The notes beneath the pieces are model-generated. The model ran no database searches. It was given only the letters and a program-made list of their open reading frames with translations, and was not told where the DNA came from. Both the position numbers and the translations under genes were made by a program. 64,000 nucleotides of DNA from Actinomycetes bacterium (lineage in GTDB: Bacteria; Actinomycetota; Actinomycetes; S36-B12; UBA5976), in contig JAYQPE010000005.1 in NCBI GenBank assembly GCA_038145175.1, positions 25,097-89,096 of the forward strand, written 5' to 3'. Positions 1 to 9,221 of this stretch are shown in pieces (position 1 is the first letter of the stretch; the number at the start of each line of letters is the position of its first letter).

Positions 1-2046
1 AAGTTTTAAAGAAGATTTTTTACCAGATTGTCTTGAACCTAAGACATTTCCTTCTCTTCTAATTTCTAAATCTAATTGAGATAACTCAAAGCCATTAGTA
101 GTTGCAGCAACTGCTGTTAAACGATCGCGAGCAAGAGAATCTTCTGGACTTTCTGTAACAAAAATACATAGGCCAGGATTATTTCCTCTACCAATTCTTC
201 CTCTTAATTGATGAAGTTGACTTACTCCAAATCGATCAGCATCAAGAATTATCATCATCGTGGCATTAGGAACATCCACACCTACTTCAATTACTGTGGT
301 TGAAACCAAAACATCAAGTCCATCTTTACTTGTTGGACCTAAGTTAAAACGTCTCATGATGTCATCTTTTTCTTCACTTGACATTCTTCCGTGCAAAATT
401 CCAACTTTGACTTCTTTTAATGGCCCACCACTTAACATCGGAGCAACTTCTAAAACAGCTAATGGTGGCCGTTTTTCTTCTTCACTATTTATATTGGTGT
501 CTTCTTCTCCAACTTCGCCACCAATTCGTGGACAAACTATATAAACTTGATGACCTTTTTTAACTTCTTCAACTGCTCTTTGCCACGCTCTTTCTAAATG
601 TGCAGGTTTTTCTAATGAATAAACCACATGTGTTGTTATTGGACTTCTTCCTTTTGGTAATTCTTCTAATGAACAAATATCTAAATCGCCAAATACAGTC
701 ATGGCAACTGTTCTTGGAATTGGAGTTGCAGTCATTACTAATACGTGTGGTCTTTTATCTCCAGGAGATTTTTGCGCTAAAGCTGCACGTTGTTCCACTC
801 CAAAGCGATGTTGTTCGTCAACTACAACGAGCGCTAAATCTTTAAACAAAACTCCTTCCTGAATAAGTGCATGAGTTCCCACCACAATTCCTGCATCGCC
901 ATTTTTAATACTTGCTAAAACTTGATTTCTATTTGTTCCCGTAACTGAACCTGTAAGCAATTCAACTTTTGTCCCATCTTGATTGCCCCCTAATTCACCT
1001 TTTGTGGCTAAATCTGCCAGTAATTTTTTAATAGTTCGAAAATGTTGTCCAGCTAAAACTTCAGTAGGCGCAAGTAAAGCAGTTTGGCCCCCTGCATCAA
1101 CTGCTGCAAGCATGGCTCGAAGTGCCACGATTGTTTTACCACTTCCCACATCTCCTTGCAATAAACGATGCATGGGATGAGTTTGATTAATTTCTTTAAA
1201 AAGTAATTCCCCTATTTCAATTTGACCTTGAGTTAATTCAAAGGGAAGTTTTGCATCAAATTTATCTAAGATTCCATCTTTTTTAGCTTTTCGAGCAATT
1301 GCAGGAAGTAGTGATTCTTTTGCTTTTCTTTGCATTAATACAGTTTGTAAAACAAAAGCCTCATCAAATTTTAATCTTTCTAAAGCTTTTGAAACTTGAT
1401 CCAAAGTTTCAGGTTCATGAATTGAATAAATTGCCTCTTTAAAAGAAATTAAATTTAATTCATCTTGAATCTCTTGTGGAACAACATCATCTTCTGGTTT
1501 TAATTCCAGTTGATTAAGGACGAATTTGATGGCTTTACTAGTTCTCCAACTGGGCACATTGGCACTTGCTGGATAAACCGGAATCAAAGCTTTGGCAAAC
1601 ATCTCAATCACATCAGGATCTGTTTCTTCACCTTGTTGAGCAGTCAAAATATATTCAGGATGAATTAATTGTTTTCGCCCTTTATATTCTTGAACTTTTC
1701 CGGCAAATAATCCTTGAACACCTTTAATTAATCTTTTTTTGTGCATACTTGCCATCGCAAAAAAAGCTAGATCAATAGTTCTGCGACCATCTGTTACCAC
1801 AACTTCTAATCTGGTGGTTCTTTTGCCTTTCATAGGAACTTCTTTAACACTGGCAATTTCTGCTAAAACTGTGGCATGTTCCCCAATTTTTAAAGATTTT
1901 AAATCTGTTAATTCACCACGTTTGGCATATTTTCTTGGATAGTGACGAACCAAATCTTCCACAGATTCATAACCAAATGCTGTGGACAAAAGTTTTGCTG
2001 ATTTTCCGCCCATGACATCAACCAGCGAGGTTTTTAGTGAGACCAT
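1..2046 (-). CDS. recG: ATP-dependent DNA helicase RecG (3'-partial, runs off window start)
   Basis: Absent from the ORF track because it is truncated by the window edge. My minus-strand translation from ATG 2044-2046 reads MVSLKTSLVDVMGGKSAKLL...; it contains VVDEQHRFGV and MTATPIPRT helicase motifs and ...GFELSQLDLEIRREGNVLGSRQSG at the edge. The + strand ORFs 260-1942 are antisense shadows. Confidence 0.93.
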   Translation of the reverse strand, partial: MVSLKTSLVDVMGGKSAKLLSTAFGYESVEDLVRHYPRKYAKRGELTDLKSLKIGEHATVLAEIASVKEVPMKGKRTTRLEVVVTDGRRTIDLAFFAMASMHKKRLIKGVQGLFAGKVQEYKGRKQLIHPEYILTAQQGEETDPDVIEMFAKALIPVYPASANVPSWRTSKAIKFVLNQLELKPEDDVVPQEIQDELNLISFKEAIYSIHEPETLDQVSKALERLKFDEAFVLQTVLMQRKAKESLLPAIARKAKKDGILDKFDAKLPFELTQGQIEIGELLFKEINQTHPMHRLLQGDVGSGKTIVALRAMLAAVDAGGQTALLAPTEVLAGQHFRTIKKLLADLATKGELGGNQDGTKVELLTGSVTGTNRNQVLASIKNGDAGIVVGTHALIQEGVLFKDLALVVVDEQHRFGVEQRAALAQKSPGDKRPHVLVMTATPIPRTVAMTVFGDLDICSLEELPKGRSPITTHVVYSLEKPAHLERAWQRAVEEVKKGHQVYIVCPRIGGEVGEEDTNINSEEEKRPPLAVLEVAPMLSGGPLKEVKVGILHGRMSSEEKDDIMRRFNLGPTSKDGLDVLVSTTVIEVGVDVPNATMMIILDADRFGVSQLHQLRGRIGRGNNPGLCIFVTESPEDSLARDRLTAVAATTNGFELSQLDLEIRREGNVLGSRQSGKKSSLKL

Positions 2047-2166
2047 TGTTAGTTCTTAGCCTAGAGTCAGTGGGTGGATTCTAGGTGCATTCAATGCCTT
2101 AGATAGGCTTTTTCAAGGTTAAATAAATAGTAAGAAAATAATAAATTTTAAGGAGTGAAAAAACTA

Positions 2167-2352
2167 ATGGCTGCTAAATGTGATGTCTGTGGCAAAGGCC
2201 CAGGTTTTGGTCATAAAGTTTCACACTCAAATATCAAAACAAAAAGACGTTTTAATCCAAACATTCAAAGAGTAAAAGCTTTAATTAAAGGCACTCCTAA
2301 ACACGTTAATGTTTGTACTTCTTGCCTTCGTGCAGGAAAAGTAACTCGTTAA
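2167..2352 (+). CDS. rpmB: 50S ribosomal protein L28
   Basis: [34 protein letters not shown] is a typical L28. ATG at 2167 is preferred over GTG 2155 because AAGGAG lies at 2149-2154. Confidence 0.93.
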   Translation: MAAKCDVCGKGPGFGHKVSHSNIKTKRRFNPNIQRVKALIKGTPKHVNVCTSCLRAGKVTR

Positions 2353-3315
2353 TTAATACTTAAAGTGATCATGGCCTTTAGGGCCTAAAAAGTGTTTACC
2401 ATCAATTGTTACTTCTGGTTTTCCTTCAAAAACTTCTCCAATAACTTTAAATCCATCTGGAATTTGTCTTGATCTTGGCAAAGTTGCCACAAAAGCATGA
2501 TCATCTCCCCCGGTCATAACCCAAATCATGGGATCAACATTTAAAGCAGCAGCCACATCAAGTATTTCTTGTTCAGGAATTAAAGCAGTTGTTTTTAAAT
2601 CAATATGAACTTCAGATGCTTTAGCGATATGACCTAAATCTTGAATCAAACCATCAGAAACATCAATCATTGATGAAACAAAATCTTTAGCAATCATGCC
2701 AGCAAAATAATTAACTTTAGGTCTTCTGTGCGCATCGCAAACTACTTTTGGTGATTTAAATCCTTTTCGTAACGCATTTAATCCTGCTTCTGCCCAACCA
2801 AGACGTCCCGCCATGATAACTAAATTTGAAGGTTGTGCCCCACTTCTTTTTAAAGGAGCTTGCGATAAACCTGAATCATTTATGTTTCCAAGAGCAGTAA
2901 TTGAAATGACTAATTTTTCTGATTTAGTGCTATCACCGCCAACAACTGCAGCATTAACTAATGCAGCTTCTTCACAAATTCCATCCACCAATTCAAGTAA
3001 CCAGTTAACTTTTGTATTGCTAGGAATTGCTAAGCCTATTAATAAAGCAGTGGGAGTTGCACCAGTTGCAACTAAATCTGCCAAATTAGCAGCTGCGGCA
3101 CGATGTCCAATATCTCTAGCACTTGACCATTCGGTTTTAAAATGCATTCCTTCAACCAACATGTCAGTTGAAGCAACAACTTGATTGTTGTCTAAACGAA
3201 CAATTGCGGCATCATCGCCTAAACCTAAAATTACTTGGGAGGCAGGAGCAAGACGAGATTTCAATAATTCGACAAAGCCAAATTCGCCTAATTCGGCAAT
3301 TGTTTCATCGCTCAT
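2353..3315 (-). CDS. thiL: thiamine-monophosphate kinase
   Basis: 320 aa with the GDDAAIV and HF..EW motifs of the ThiL/AIR-synthase-like fold. Confidence 0.88.
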   Translation of the reverse strand: MSDETIAELGEFGFVELLKSRLAPASQVILGLGDDAAIVRLDNNQVVASTDMLVEGMHFKTEWSSARDIGHRAAAANLADLVATGATPTALLIGLAIPSNTKVNWLLELVDGICEEAALVNAAVVGGDSTKSEKLVISITALGNINDSGLSQAPLKRSGAQPSNLVIMAGRLGWAEAGLNALRKGFKSPKVVCDAHRRPKVNYFAGMIAKDFVSSMIDVSDGLIQDLGHIAKASEVHIDLKTTALIPEQEILDVAAALNVDPMIWVMTGGDDHAFVATLPRSRQIPDGFKVIGEVFEGKPEVTIDGKHFLGPKGHDHFKY

Positions 3316-3390
3316 CTAGATTCACCTCTTTTCAATTATCCAACTTAAATGTATGTTAAGTCCTTAAACACTTGAAAGAAAGTTGAACAT

Positions 3391-3627
3391 ATGAGCGTGC
3401 AAGCATACATTCTTGTCCAAACTGATGTTGGCAAATCTAATGAAGTAGCAAAAGCAATTAATGAAATCCAAGGTGTGATGAATGCCGAACATGTAACAGG
3501 CCCATATGACGTAATAGTTAGAGCCGAAGCCAAAGACATGGATCAGCTAGCAAAGGTAGTTCTTACCAAGGTGCAAACTGTTAAAGGTATTACCAGAACC
3601 CTTACTTGTCCAATAGTTAATTTATAA
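3391..3627 (+). CDS. stand-alone Lrp/AsnC-type ligand-binding (RAM) domain protein, no HTH
   Basis: 78 aa, MSVQAYILVQTDVGK...VTGPYDVIVRAEAKDMDQL resembles the C-terminal effector domain of Lrp/AsnC regulators. Confidence 0.7.
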   Translation: MSVQAYILVQTDVGKSNEVAKAINEIQGVMNAEHVTGPYDVIVRAEAKDMDQLAKVVLTKVQTVKGITRTLTCPIVNL

Positions 3628-3630
3628 GAA

Positions 3631-4710
3631 TTAATGAAGACCTAAAGGTCTTTCTAGTGCTTCGTTAATTAAGTAATCAATTAAATCTGCATACTTTAAA
3701 CCTGTTGCTTCCCACATTCTGGGAAACATAGAAATTGAGGTAAAACCAGGCATAGTGTTTATTTCATTTACTAAAACTTGCTCATCTTTTGTGATAAAGA
3801 AATCAACTCTTGCTAAACCTTCACAATTTAGTAAATCAAAAACTCTGGTGGCAAGCATTTGAACTTGATCTAAAAGTTTTTTATCTAGTTTTGCTGGCAC
3901 TACTAGTTCTGCTGAATCGTCTAAATATTTTGCCTCATAGTCATAAAATTCGTGATCTTTTTTTACAATTATTTCTGCAGGTAAACTTGCCCTAGCTGCT
4001 TTTTTACCTTCCCCGCTTATTACTGAGCATTCAATTTCTCGGACATTTTCAATACTTTTTTCAACGATTACACGTTTGTCGTATTTTCTTGCCTCTTCAA
4101 TTGCTTCTTCTAGTTTGGAAAAGTCTTTTACTTTAGTTATGCCAACAGAGCTTCCAGCACGCGCTGGTTTAACAAAGACTGGAAAACCCATTTGTTTTAT
4201 TTTGTTTATAATTTCGTTTTTATTTTTTTGCCATGAAATATCAAGAATTGATACATAATCTCCCACGGGAAATTCTGTAATTTTTAATAAGGCTTTGGTT
4301 GATAATTTATCCATTCCTATGGCACTTGCTAAAACTCCAGCGCCTACAAATGCAATTGCGTGCATATCGATAAGACCTTGAATTGTGCCATCTTCACCAT
4401 ATGGCCCATGAAGTACTGGAAAAATTACATCAAGTGAAATTAAATCTTCTGGTGGAAATTTAGAAACTTTTACTACCTTGTTGTCTTGTAGACCCTTAGC
4501 AGTTACTTCTGGTAAATCTTTTTTTTCTAACTTTAAAAATGGATTCTTATCCTCAAAAATAACCCATTGATTATCTTTGGTTAGTCCAATAGGAACTACT
4601 TCATATTTACTTCTATCGATGACATTGATTATGGAGTTTGCTGAAATACAAGAAATTTCATGTTCAGAGGATCTTCCTCCAAATAAAACCCCAACTCTAA
4701 TTTTTTCCAT
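3631..4710 (-). CDS. ddl: D-alanine--D-alanine ligase
   Basis: 359 aa, VLFGGRSSEHEIS N-terminus and an ATP-grasp C-terminal half (EINTMPGFT). Confidence 0.94.
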   Translation of the reverse strand: MEKIRVGVLFGGRSSEHEISCISANSIINVIDRSKYEVVPIGLTKDNQWVIFEDKNPFLKLEKKDLPEVTAKGLQDNKVVKVSKFPPEDLISLDVIFPVLHGPYGEDGTIQGLIDMHAIAFVGAGVLASAIGMDKLSTKALLKITEFPVGDYVSILDISWQKNKNEIINKIKQMGFPVFVKPARAGSSVGITKVKDFSKLEEAIEEARKYDKRVIVEKSIENVREIECSVISGEGKKAARASLPAEIIVKKDHEFYDYEAKYLDDSAELVVPAKLDKKLLDQVQMLATRVFDLLNCEGLARVDFFITKDEQVLVNEINTMPGFTSISMFPRMWEATGLKYADLIDYLINEALERPLGLH

Positions 4711-4722
4711 TATTAATAAAGT

Positions 4723-5742
4723 CTATTCATGCTCTGCAGTTATGGGTTGTTCAAGCAAGGCTGTCATTACTTCATGGGCATCATCGCCGTCTCTAATTAC
4801 TCTTAAAACTTGGGCCGCAATTGGCATATCTAAATTAAATTTTGCAGCAATTGCTAAAAGTGGTGCCAAACTTTTAGATCCTTCAACTGTTCCATGTGCT
4901 TTTTCTTGAGCTTGTTCAATAGTTGCTCCATGTCCAAGTGCTTCACCAAAAGTTCTGTTTCTAGATAAAGGAGATTGACTAGTAGCAATTAAATCTCCAA
5001 TTCCTGCTAAACCTAAAAATGTTTCAGTTTTAGCTCCCAATGCAACTCCAAGTCTTGTCATTTCCGCTAACCCTCTAGTTATTAATGCAGATTGCGTATT
5101 TTCACCAAGTCCAAGTCCGACTGCTATTCCATTTGCAATTGCCACCACGTTTTTAATTGCTCCTGCTAATTCAGTTCCAATTACATCTGTAGTCCAAAAA
5201 ACTCTAAAATAATTTGTGGCAAGAGCATTTGCAATATCTGCTGCCACATCTTCATCAGCACAAGCAACCGTTGAAGCTGTGGGTTGCCTATGAATTATTT
5301 CGCCAGCTAAATTTGGACCACTAAGTGCTGCAACTCTATTTTCTGAACAGCCAAAAACATCCATCATTACTTCCGTAATTCTCATCTTTGTTGAATTTTC
5401 AATACCTTTTATTAAAGAAACAAACACAGCAGTTGGAGATACATATTTTTTCCAACTTTCTAAGTTTTGTCTTAAAGATTGAGCAGGTAATGCAAAGAAA
5501 ATTAATTCTTTATCTTTTAATACTTCTTCAGCACTAGAACTTGCCTTGATGCGAGAAGAAAGTTTTACATTTGGATGAAATTTAGAATTATGTCTATTTT
5601 CATTTATATCTTGAACAACTTTTTCATCCCTGGCCCATAAATAAACTTCATTTCCAGCATCAGCTAAAACTTGAGCACAAGCAGTCGCCCAAGCTCCTCC
5701 ACCCATAACTGCAACTTGTCTCATGGTCTTTCCTTTGTCCAT
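4723..5742 (-). CDS. gpsA: NAD(P)H-dependent glycerol-3-phosphate dehydrogenase
   Basis: GGGAWATA dinucleotide-binding motif and family-wide similarity. An alternative start ATG at 5722-5724 forms an ATGA overlap with the plsC stop. Confidence 0.92.
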   Translation of the reverse strand: MDKGKTMRQVAVMGGGAWATACAQVLADAGNEVYLWARDEKVVQDINENRHNSKFHPNVKLSSRIKASSSAEEVLKDKELIFFALPAQSLRQNLESWKKYVSPTAVFVSLIKGIENSTKMRITEVMMDVFGCSENRVAALSGPNLAGEIIHRQPTASTVACADEDVAADIANALATNYFRVFWTTDVIGTELAGAIKNVVAIANGIAVGLGLGENTQSALITRGLAEMTRLGVALGAKTETFLGLAGIGDLIATSQSPLSRNRTFGEALGHGATIEQAQEKAHGTVEGSKSLAPLLAIAAKFNLDMPIAAQVLRVIRDGDDAHEVMTALLEQPITAEHE

Positions 5743-6443
5743 GGCATTCTTTGCGCAGGTGGTGTTTCATTTCTTAAATCAGCTAATTCTTTAGTAATTG
5801 CATCCATAATTCTTGAGGTGGCTTTTTTTAGTAATTCTCCAGTTATTTCTTGATCATATAAATCAGACAAATCAACTGGAGGTCCGGCTTTTACCAACAT
5901 CGTTTTTCTAGGTAATAGTTTTAATTTTTTTGAATAAGGTGCTAAAACAAATTGTGCTCCCCAATGTGCAACTGGAATTACTGGAAGTTTTGTAGCAAGA
6001 GCAATTCTTGCCGCACCAGTTTTTCCTTCCATCGGCCATAAATTTGGATCTCTAGTTAGTGTTCCTTCAGGACTTAGAACTACTGCTTCACCTTTTTCAA
6101 CAGCTTTTATTGCACCTCTTACGGCAATTTTTGCATGTCTTGATTCTCTATATACAGGAATTTGTCCTGCTAACCAAACAAGTTGTCCAATAACTGGAAT
6201 CCTAAATATTCCAGATTTTGCTAAAAACTTTGGAGGTCTATTGTTATCCCACATAAATTGGGCAACCACAAATGGATCAAACCAAGAATTATGATTCATC
6301 GCCACAATAATTCCTGAATCTTGAGCTAGGTTTTCAACTCCGCGATAATCGCGTTTAGTAAATAAAACTAAAAGTGGGCGAAGCACTCCAGCAATAAATC
6401 TATAAACCAAACCCAGTTTTGACTTACGAGTAACAAAAGCCAT
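5721..6443 (-). CDS. plsC: 1-acyl-sn-glycerol-3-phosphate acyltransferase
   Basis: 240 aa, HX4D acyltransferase motif (NHNSWFDP) and EGT motif (SPEGTLT). Confidence 0.85.
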   Translation of the reverse strand: MAFVTRKSKLGLVYRFIAGVLRPLLVLFTKRDYRGVENLAQDSGIIVAMNHNSWFDPFVVAQFMWDNNRPPKFLAKSGIFRIPVIGQLVWLAGQIPVYRESRHAKIAVRGAIKAVEKGEAVVLSPEGTLTRDPNLWPMEGKTGAARIALATKLPVIPVAHWGAQFVLAPYSKKLKLLPRKTMLVKAGPPVDLSDLYDQEITGELLKKATSRIMDAITKELADLRNETPPAQRMPWTKERP

Positions 6444-6463
6444 AAAGAGTATCCAATCAGCAT

Positions 6464-6496
6464 GATGCCCGATAGCAGAATCTGCTACCGGGCATC
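6464..6496 (-). terminator. 15-bp stem hairpin downstream of hupB
   Basis: GATGCCCGATAGCAG-aat-CTGCTACCGGGCATC. The single imperfect position is A-C on the + strand but a G-U wobble in minus-strand RNA, so it is orientation-specific. There is no clear U tract. Confidence 0.5.
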
Positions 6497-6516
6497 AACT
6501 CGCAAATGCTTATGTT

Positions 6517-6864
6517 TTAGCGCTTTTTCTTTCCTGCTGCTTTTACTTTCTTAGCAGTGGCTTTCTTTGCTTTTTTAGCAGCTCTTTTGCCACCCAAAAC
6601 AATGTTTTTGAAATCTGCTGCTGGTCTAAATTTGGCAACTGTTTTTGCAGGAACTTTAACTGGAGCACCAGTCATTGGGTTTCTGGCAATACGTGCTGCA
6701 CGGGTTTTCTTTTCCCAAATTCCAAATCCTGCGATTGAAACTTTTTCACCTGATGCAACTGCATTGGTGATGGTATCGAAAAATATGTCAACAAAATCTA
6801 GAGCTTGACGACGGTTTGCTTCAAAGTGTTGTTGCACTAAGTCTGCTAAATCTGGCTTCTTCAA
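6517..6864 (-). CDS. hupB: nucleoid-associated protein HU with short Lys/Ala-rich C-terminal tail
   Basis: HU fold sequence (FGIWEKKTRAARIARNPMTGAPVKVPA) plus the tail KRAAKKAKKATAKKVKAAGKKKR. TTG start with AAAGG upstream. Confidence 0.92.
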   Translation of the reverse strand: MKKPDLADLVQQHFEANRRQALDFVDIFFDTITNAVASGEKVSIAGFGIWEKKTRAARIARNPMTGAPVKVPAKTVAKFRPAADFKNIVLGGKRAAKKAKKATAKKVKAAGKKKR

Positions 6865-7061
6865 CTGGGGAACCTTTCTAAAGTTCTCTTTTGCCTTTAA
6901 ATAAAGGCGTGTAATAAAAGTTTTTTATTACGAAGTTAAAATTACGCAATGAAATAAGGGTTTTTCTTTCGACACGCCAAAAAGTCCTTATAAAATAAGG
7001 AAAATTTTTTTAGAACCTTAAAAATAAAGGAATTTTGTGTAACAGGTGTGACTTATGTTAA

Positions 7062-7649
7062 CTACTGAGTAACAGGTTTAAAACTTGGCCTAGTTTTTTC
7101 AAATTCAGTGATTTTTGATTCATGTCTAAGAGTTAAACCAATATCGTCTAAACCTTCCATAAGTCTCCAACGAACATAATCATCAATTTGAAAATCTGCT
7201 TCGATATCTTTTGCTATAACTTTTCTTTTATCTAAATCAACAGTTATGGAAGTTTTTGGATCACTTTCCACTAAAGCCCATAACTTTTCAATCACATCTT
7301 GAGAAACTAGAGCTGTAACTAAACCTGCTTTTCCAGAATTTCCTCTGAAAATATCGGCAAATCTTGAGGATAAAACCACTTTGAATCCATAATCCATCAA
7401 TGCCCACACAGCATGTTCTCTAGAAGATCCCGTTCCAAATTCAGGTCCAGCTATAAGAATTGATGCATCTTTATATTCAGATTTATTTAAAACAAAGTTT
7501 GAATCTTCACGCCAAGCTTTAAATAGGGCATCTTCAAATCCATGTCGGGTGATTCTTTTTAAATATTCAGCAGGAATTATTTGATCAGTATCAACATTAC
7601 TTCTTCTTAAAGGAATTGCAGTTCCTGTATGAGATTTAAATTTTTCCAT
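7062..7649 (-). CDS. leuD: 3-isopropylmalate dehydratase small subunit
   Basis: GTGSSREHA motif. Its start overlaps the leuC stop by 1 nt. Confidence 0.95.
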   Translation of the reverse strand: MEKFKSHTGTAIPLRRSNVDTDQIIPAEYLKRITRHGFEDALFKAWREDSNFVLNKSEYKDASILIAGPEFGTGSSREHAVWALMDYGFKVVLSSRFADIFRGNSGKAGLVTALVSQDVIEKLWALVESDPKTSITVDLDKRKVIAKDIEADFQIDDYVRWRLMEGLDDIGLTLRHESKITEFEKTRPSFKPVTQ

Positions 7650-9046
7650 TAAATTCGATCCGGTGTGGTAATTGATCCTTTAATTGCAGTTGCTGCTGCA
7701 ACAAGAGGAGAAACTAAATGAGTGCGCCCACCTGGACCTTGTCTTCCTTCAAAGTTTCTATTTGAAGTTGATGCTGCTCTTTCACCTGGTTTTAATTTGT
7801 CTGGATTCATTCCTAAACACATAGAGCAACCTGCACTTCTCCAATCAGCTCCTGCATCTTTAAATATTTGAGGCAATCCTTCTTGTTCTGCTTGGATGGC
7901 AACTTTGGCACTTCCAGGAACTACCATCATCTTCACACTTGAAGCTACTTTTTTACCTTTCAAAATTGCAGCTGCTGCTCTTAAATCTTCAATTCGACCA
8001 TTTGTGCATGAACCTAAGAAAACTGTGTCAACTTTGATATCTCTAATTTTTGTGCCAGCTTTTAAATCCATGTATTCCAAAGCACGTTGCGCTGCTGCTT
8101 TTTCTGTTGGATCATTAAATTGTTCAGGACTTGGCACAACATCATCAATAGATACACCTTGACCAGGATTAGTTCCCCAGGTAACAAATGGTGTCAAAGT
8201 GGATGCATCAATAATTACTTCTGCGTCAAATTTTGCATCATCATCAGTTTTTAAAGTTTTCCAATATTCAACAGCTTTTTCCCAATCTGCACCTTTTGGT
8301 GCATGCGCACGATCTTTCATATAAGCAAAAGTAGTTTCATCTGGTGCAATCATTCCTGCTCGAGCACCTGCTTCAATACTCATATTGCAAATCGTCATTC
8401 TTCCTTCCATGGATAAAGAACGAATTGCTTCACCTCGATATTCCAAAACATAACCTTGGCCACCGCCGGTACTAATTTTTGCAATCACTGCCAAAATTAT
8501 GTCTTTGGCAGTTGATCCTTGTGGTAATTGTCCATTAACAGTAATGGCCATTGTTTTAAATGGTTTTAAAGGCAATGTTTGAGTGGCCAAAACATGTTCA
8601 ACTTCACTAGTACCAATTCCAAATGCAAGTGCACCAAATGCACCATGAGTTGAAGTGTGGGAGTCTCCACAAACTATGGTCATTCCAGGTTGAGTTAATC
8701 CAATTTGTGGACCAACGACATGAACAATTCCTTGTTCAACATTTCCAAGAGAAAAAATTCTTAATCCAAATTCTTTAGCGTTATTTCTTAATGCGTCAAC
8801 TTGTGCTCTGGAAACTAAATCTGCGATTGGTTTATCAATATCTATCGTTGGAACGTTGTGATCTTCTGTAAGAAGAGTTAAATCTGGGCGTCTTACTTTT
8901 CTGCCCGATGCTCTTAAACCATCGAAAGCTTGAGGCGAAGTTACTTCATGAACTAAATGTAAATCTATAAATAATAAATCAGGTTCACCACTTGCTTGGT
9001 GCACAATGTGTGCATCCCAAACTTTTTCTGCAAGTGTCTTTCCCAA
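7649..9046 (-). CDS. leuC: 3-isopropylmalate dehydratase large subunit
   Basis: Aconitase-family motifs CGDSHT and GSCTNGR. TTG start preceded by AAGGAG. Confidence 0.95.
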   Translation of the reverse strand: MGKTLAEKVWDAHIVHQASGEPDLLFIDLHLVHEVTSPQAFDGLRASGRKVRRPDLTLLTEDHNVPTIDIDKPIADLVSRAQVDALRNNAKEFGLRIFSLGNVEQGIVHVVGPQIGLTQPGMTIVCGDSHTSTHGAFGALAFGIGTSEVEHVLATQTLPLKPFKTMAITVNGQLPQGSTAKDIILAVIAKISTGGGQGYVLEYRGEAIRSLSMEGRMTICNMSIEAGARAGMIAPDETTFAYMKDRAHAPKGADWEKAVEYWKTLKTDDDAKFDAEVIIDASTLTPFVTWGTNPGQGVSIDDVVPSPEQFNDPTEKAAAQRALEYMDLKAGTKIRDIKVDTVFLGSCTNGRIEDLRAAAAILKGKKVASSVKMMVVPGSAKVAIQAEQEGLPQIFKDAGADWRSAGCSMCLGMNPDKLKPGERAASTSNRNFEGRQGPGGRTHLVSPLVAAATAIKGSITTPDRI

Positions 9047-9090
9047 GTTATTTCTCCTTAATTAGATAATGAAATCTTTTTTTGGCCCTT

Positions 9091-9166
9091 TGGTAGCCCC
9101 GACGGGATTTGAACCCGCGTTACCGCCTTGAGAGGGCAGCGTGCTAGGCCGCTGCACTACGGGGCC
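9091..9166 (-). tRNA. tRNA-Glu (anticodon CUC), CCA encoded
   Basis: Hand-folded cloverleaf: GGCCCCG TA GTGC AGCGGCCTA GCAC G CTGCC CTCTCAA GGCGG TAAC GCGGG TTCAAAT CCCGT CGGGGCT A CCA. Confidence 0.88.
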
Positions 9167-9221
9167 AAAGATTTTCATTGCCTTAAAAAAATCTTAACAG
9201 CGAAAAGAATTAATGAAAATT

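Noticed and set aside
260-1942. Several 65-94-aa + strand ORFs at the window start, where the track shows no long gene
   Set aside because: The minus strand encodes an uninterrupted RecG (682 codons). It is missing from the track only because it runs off the window edge. The + ORFs are shadows.
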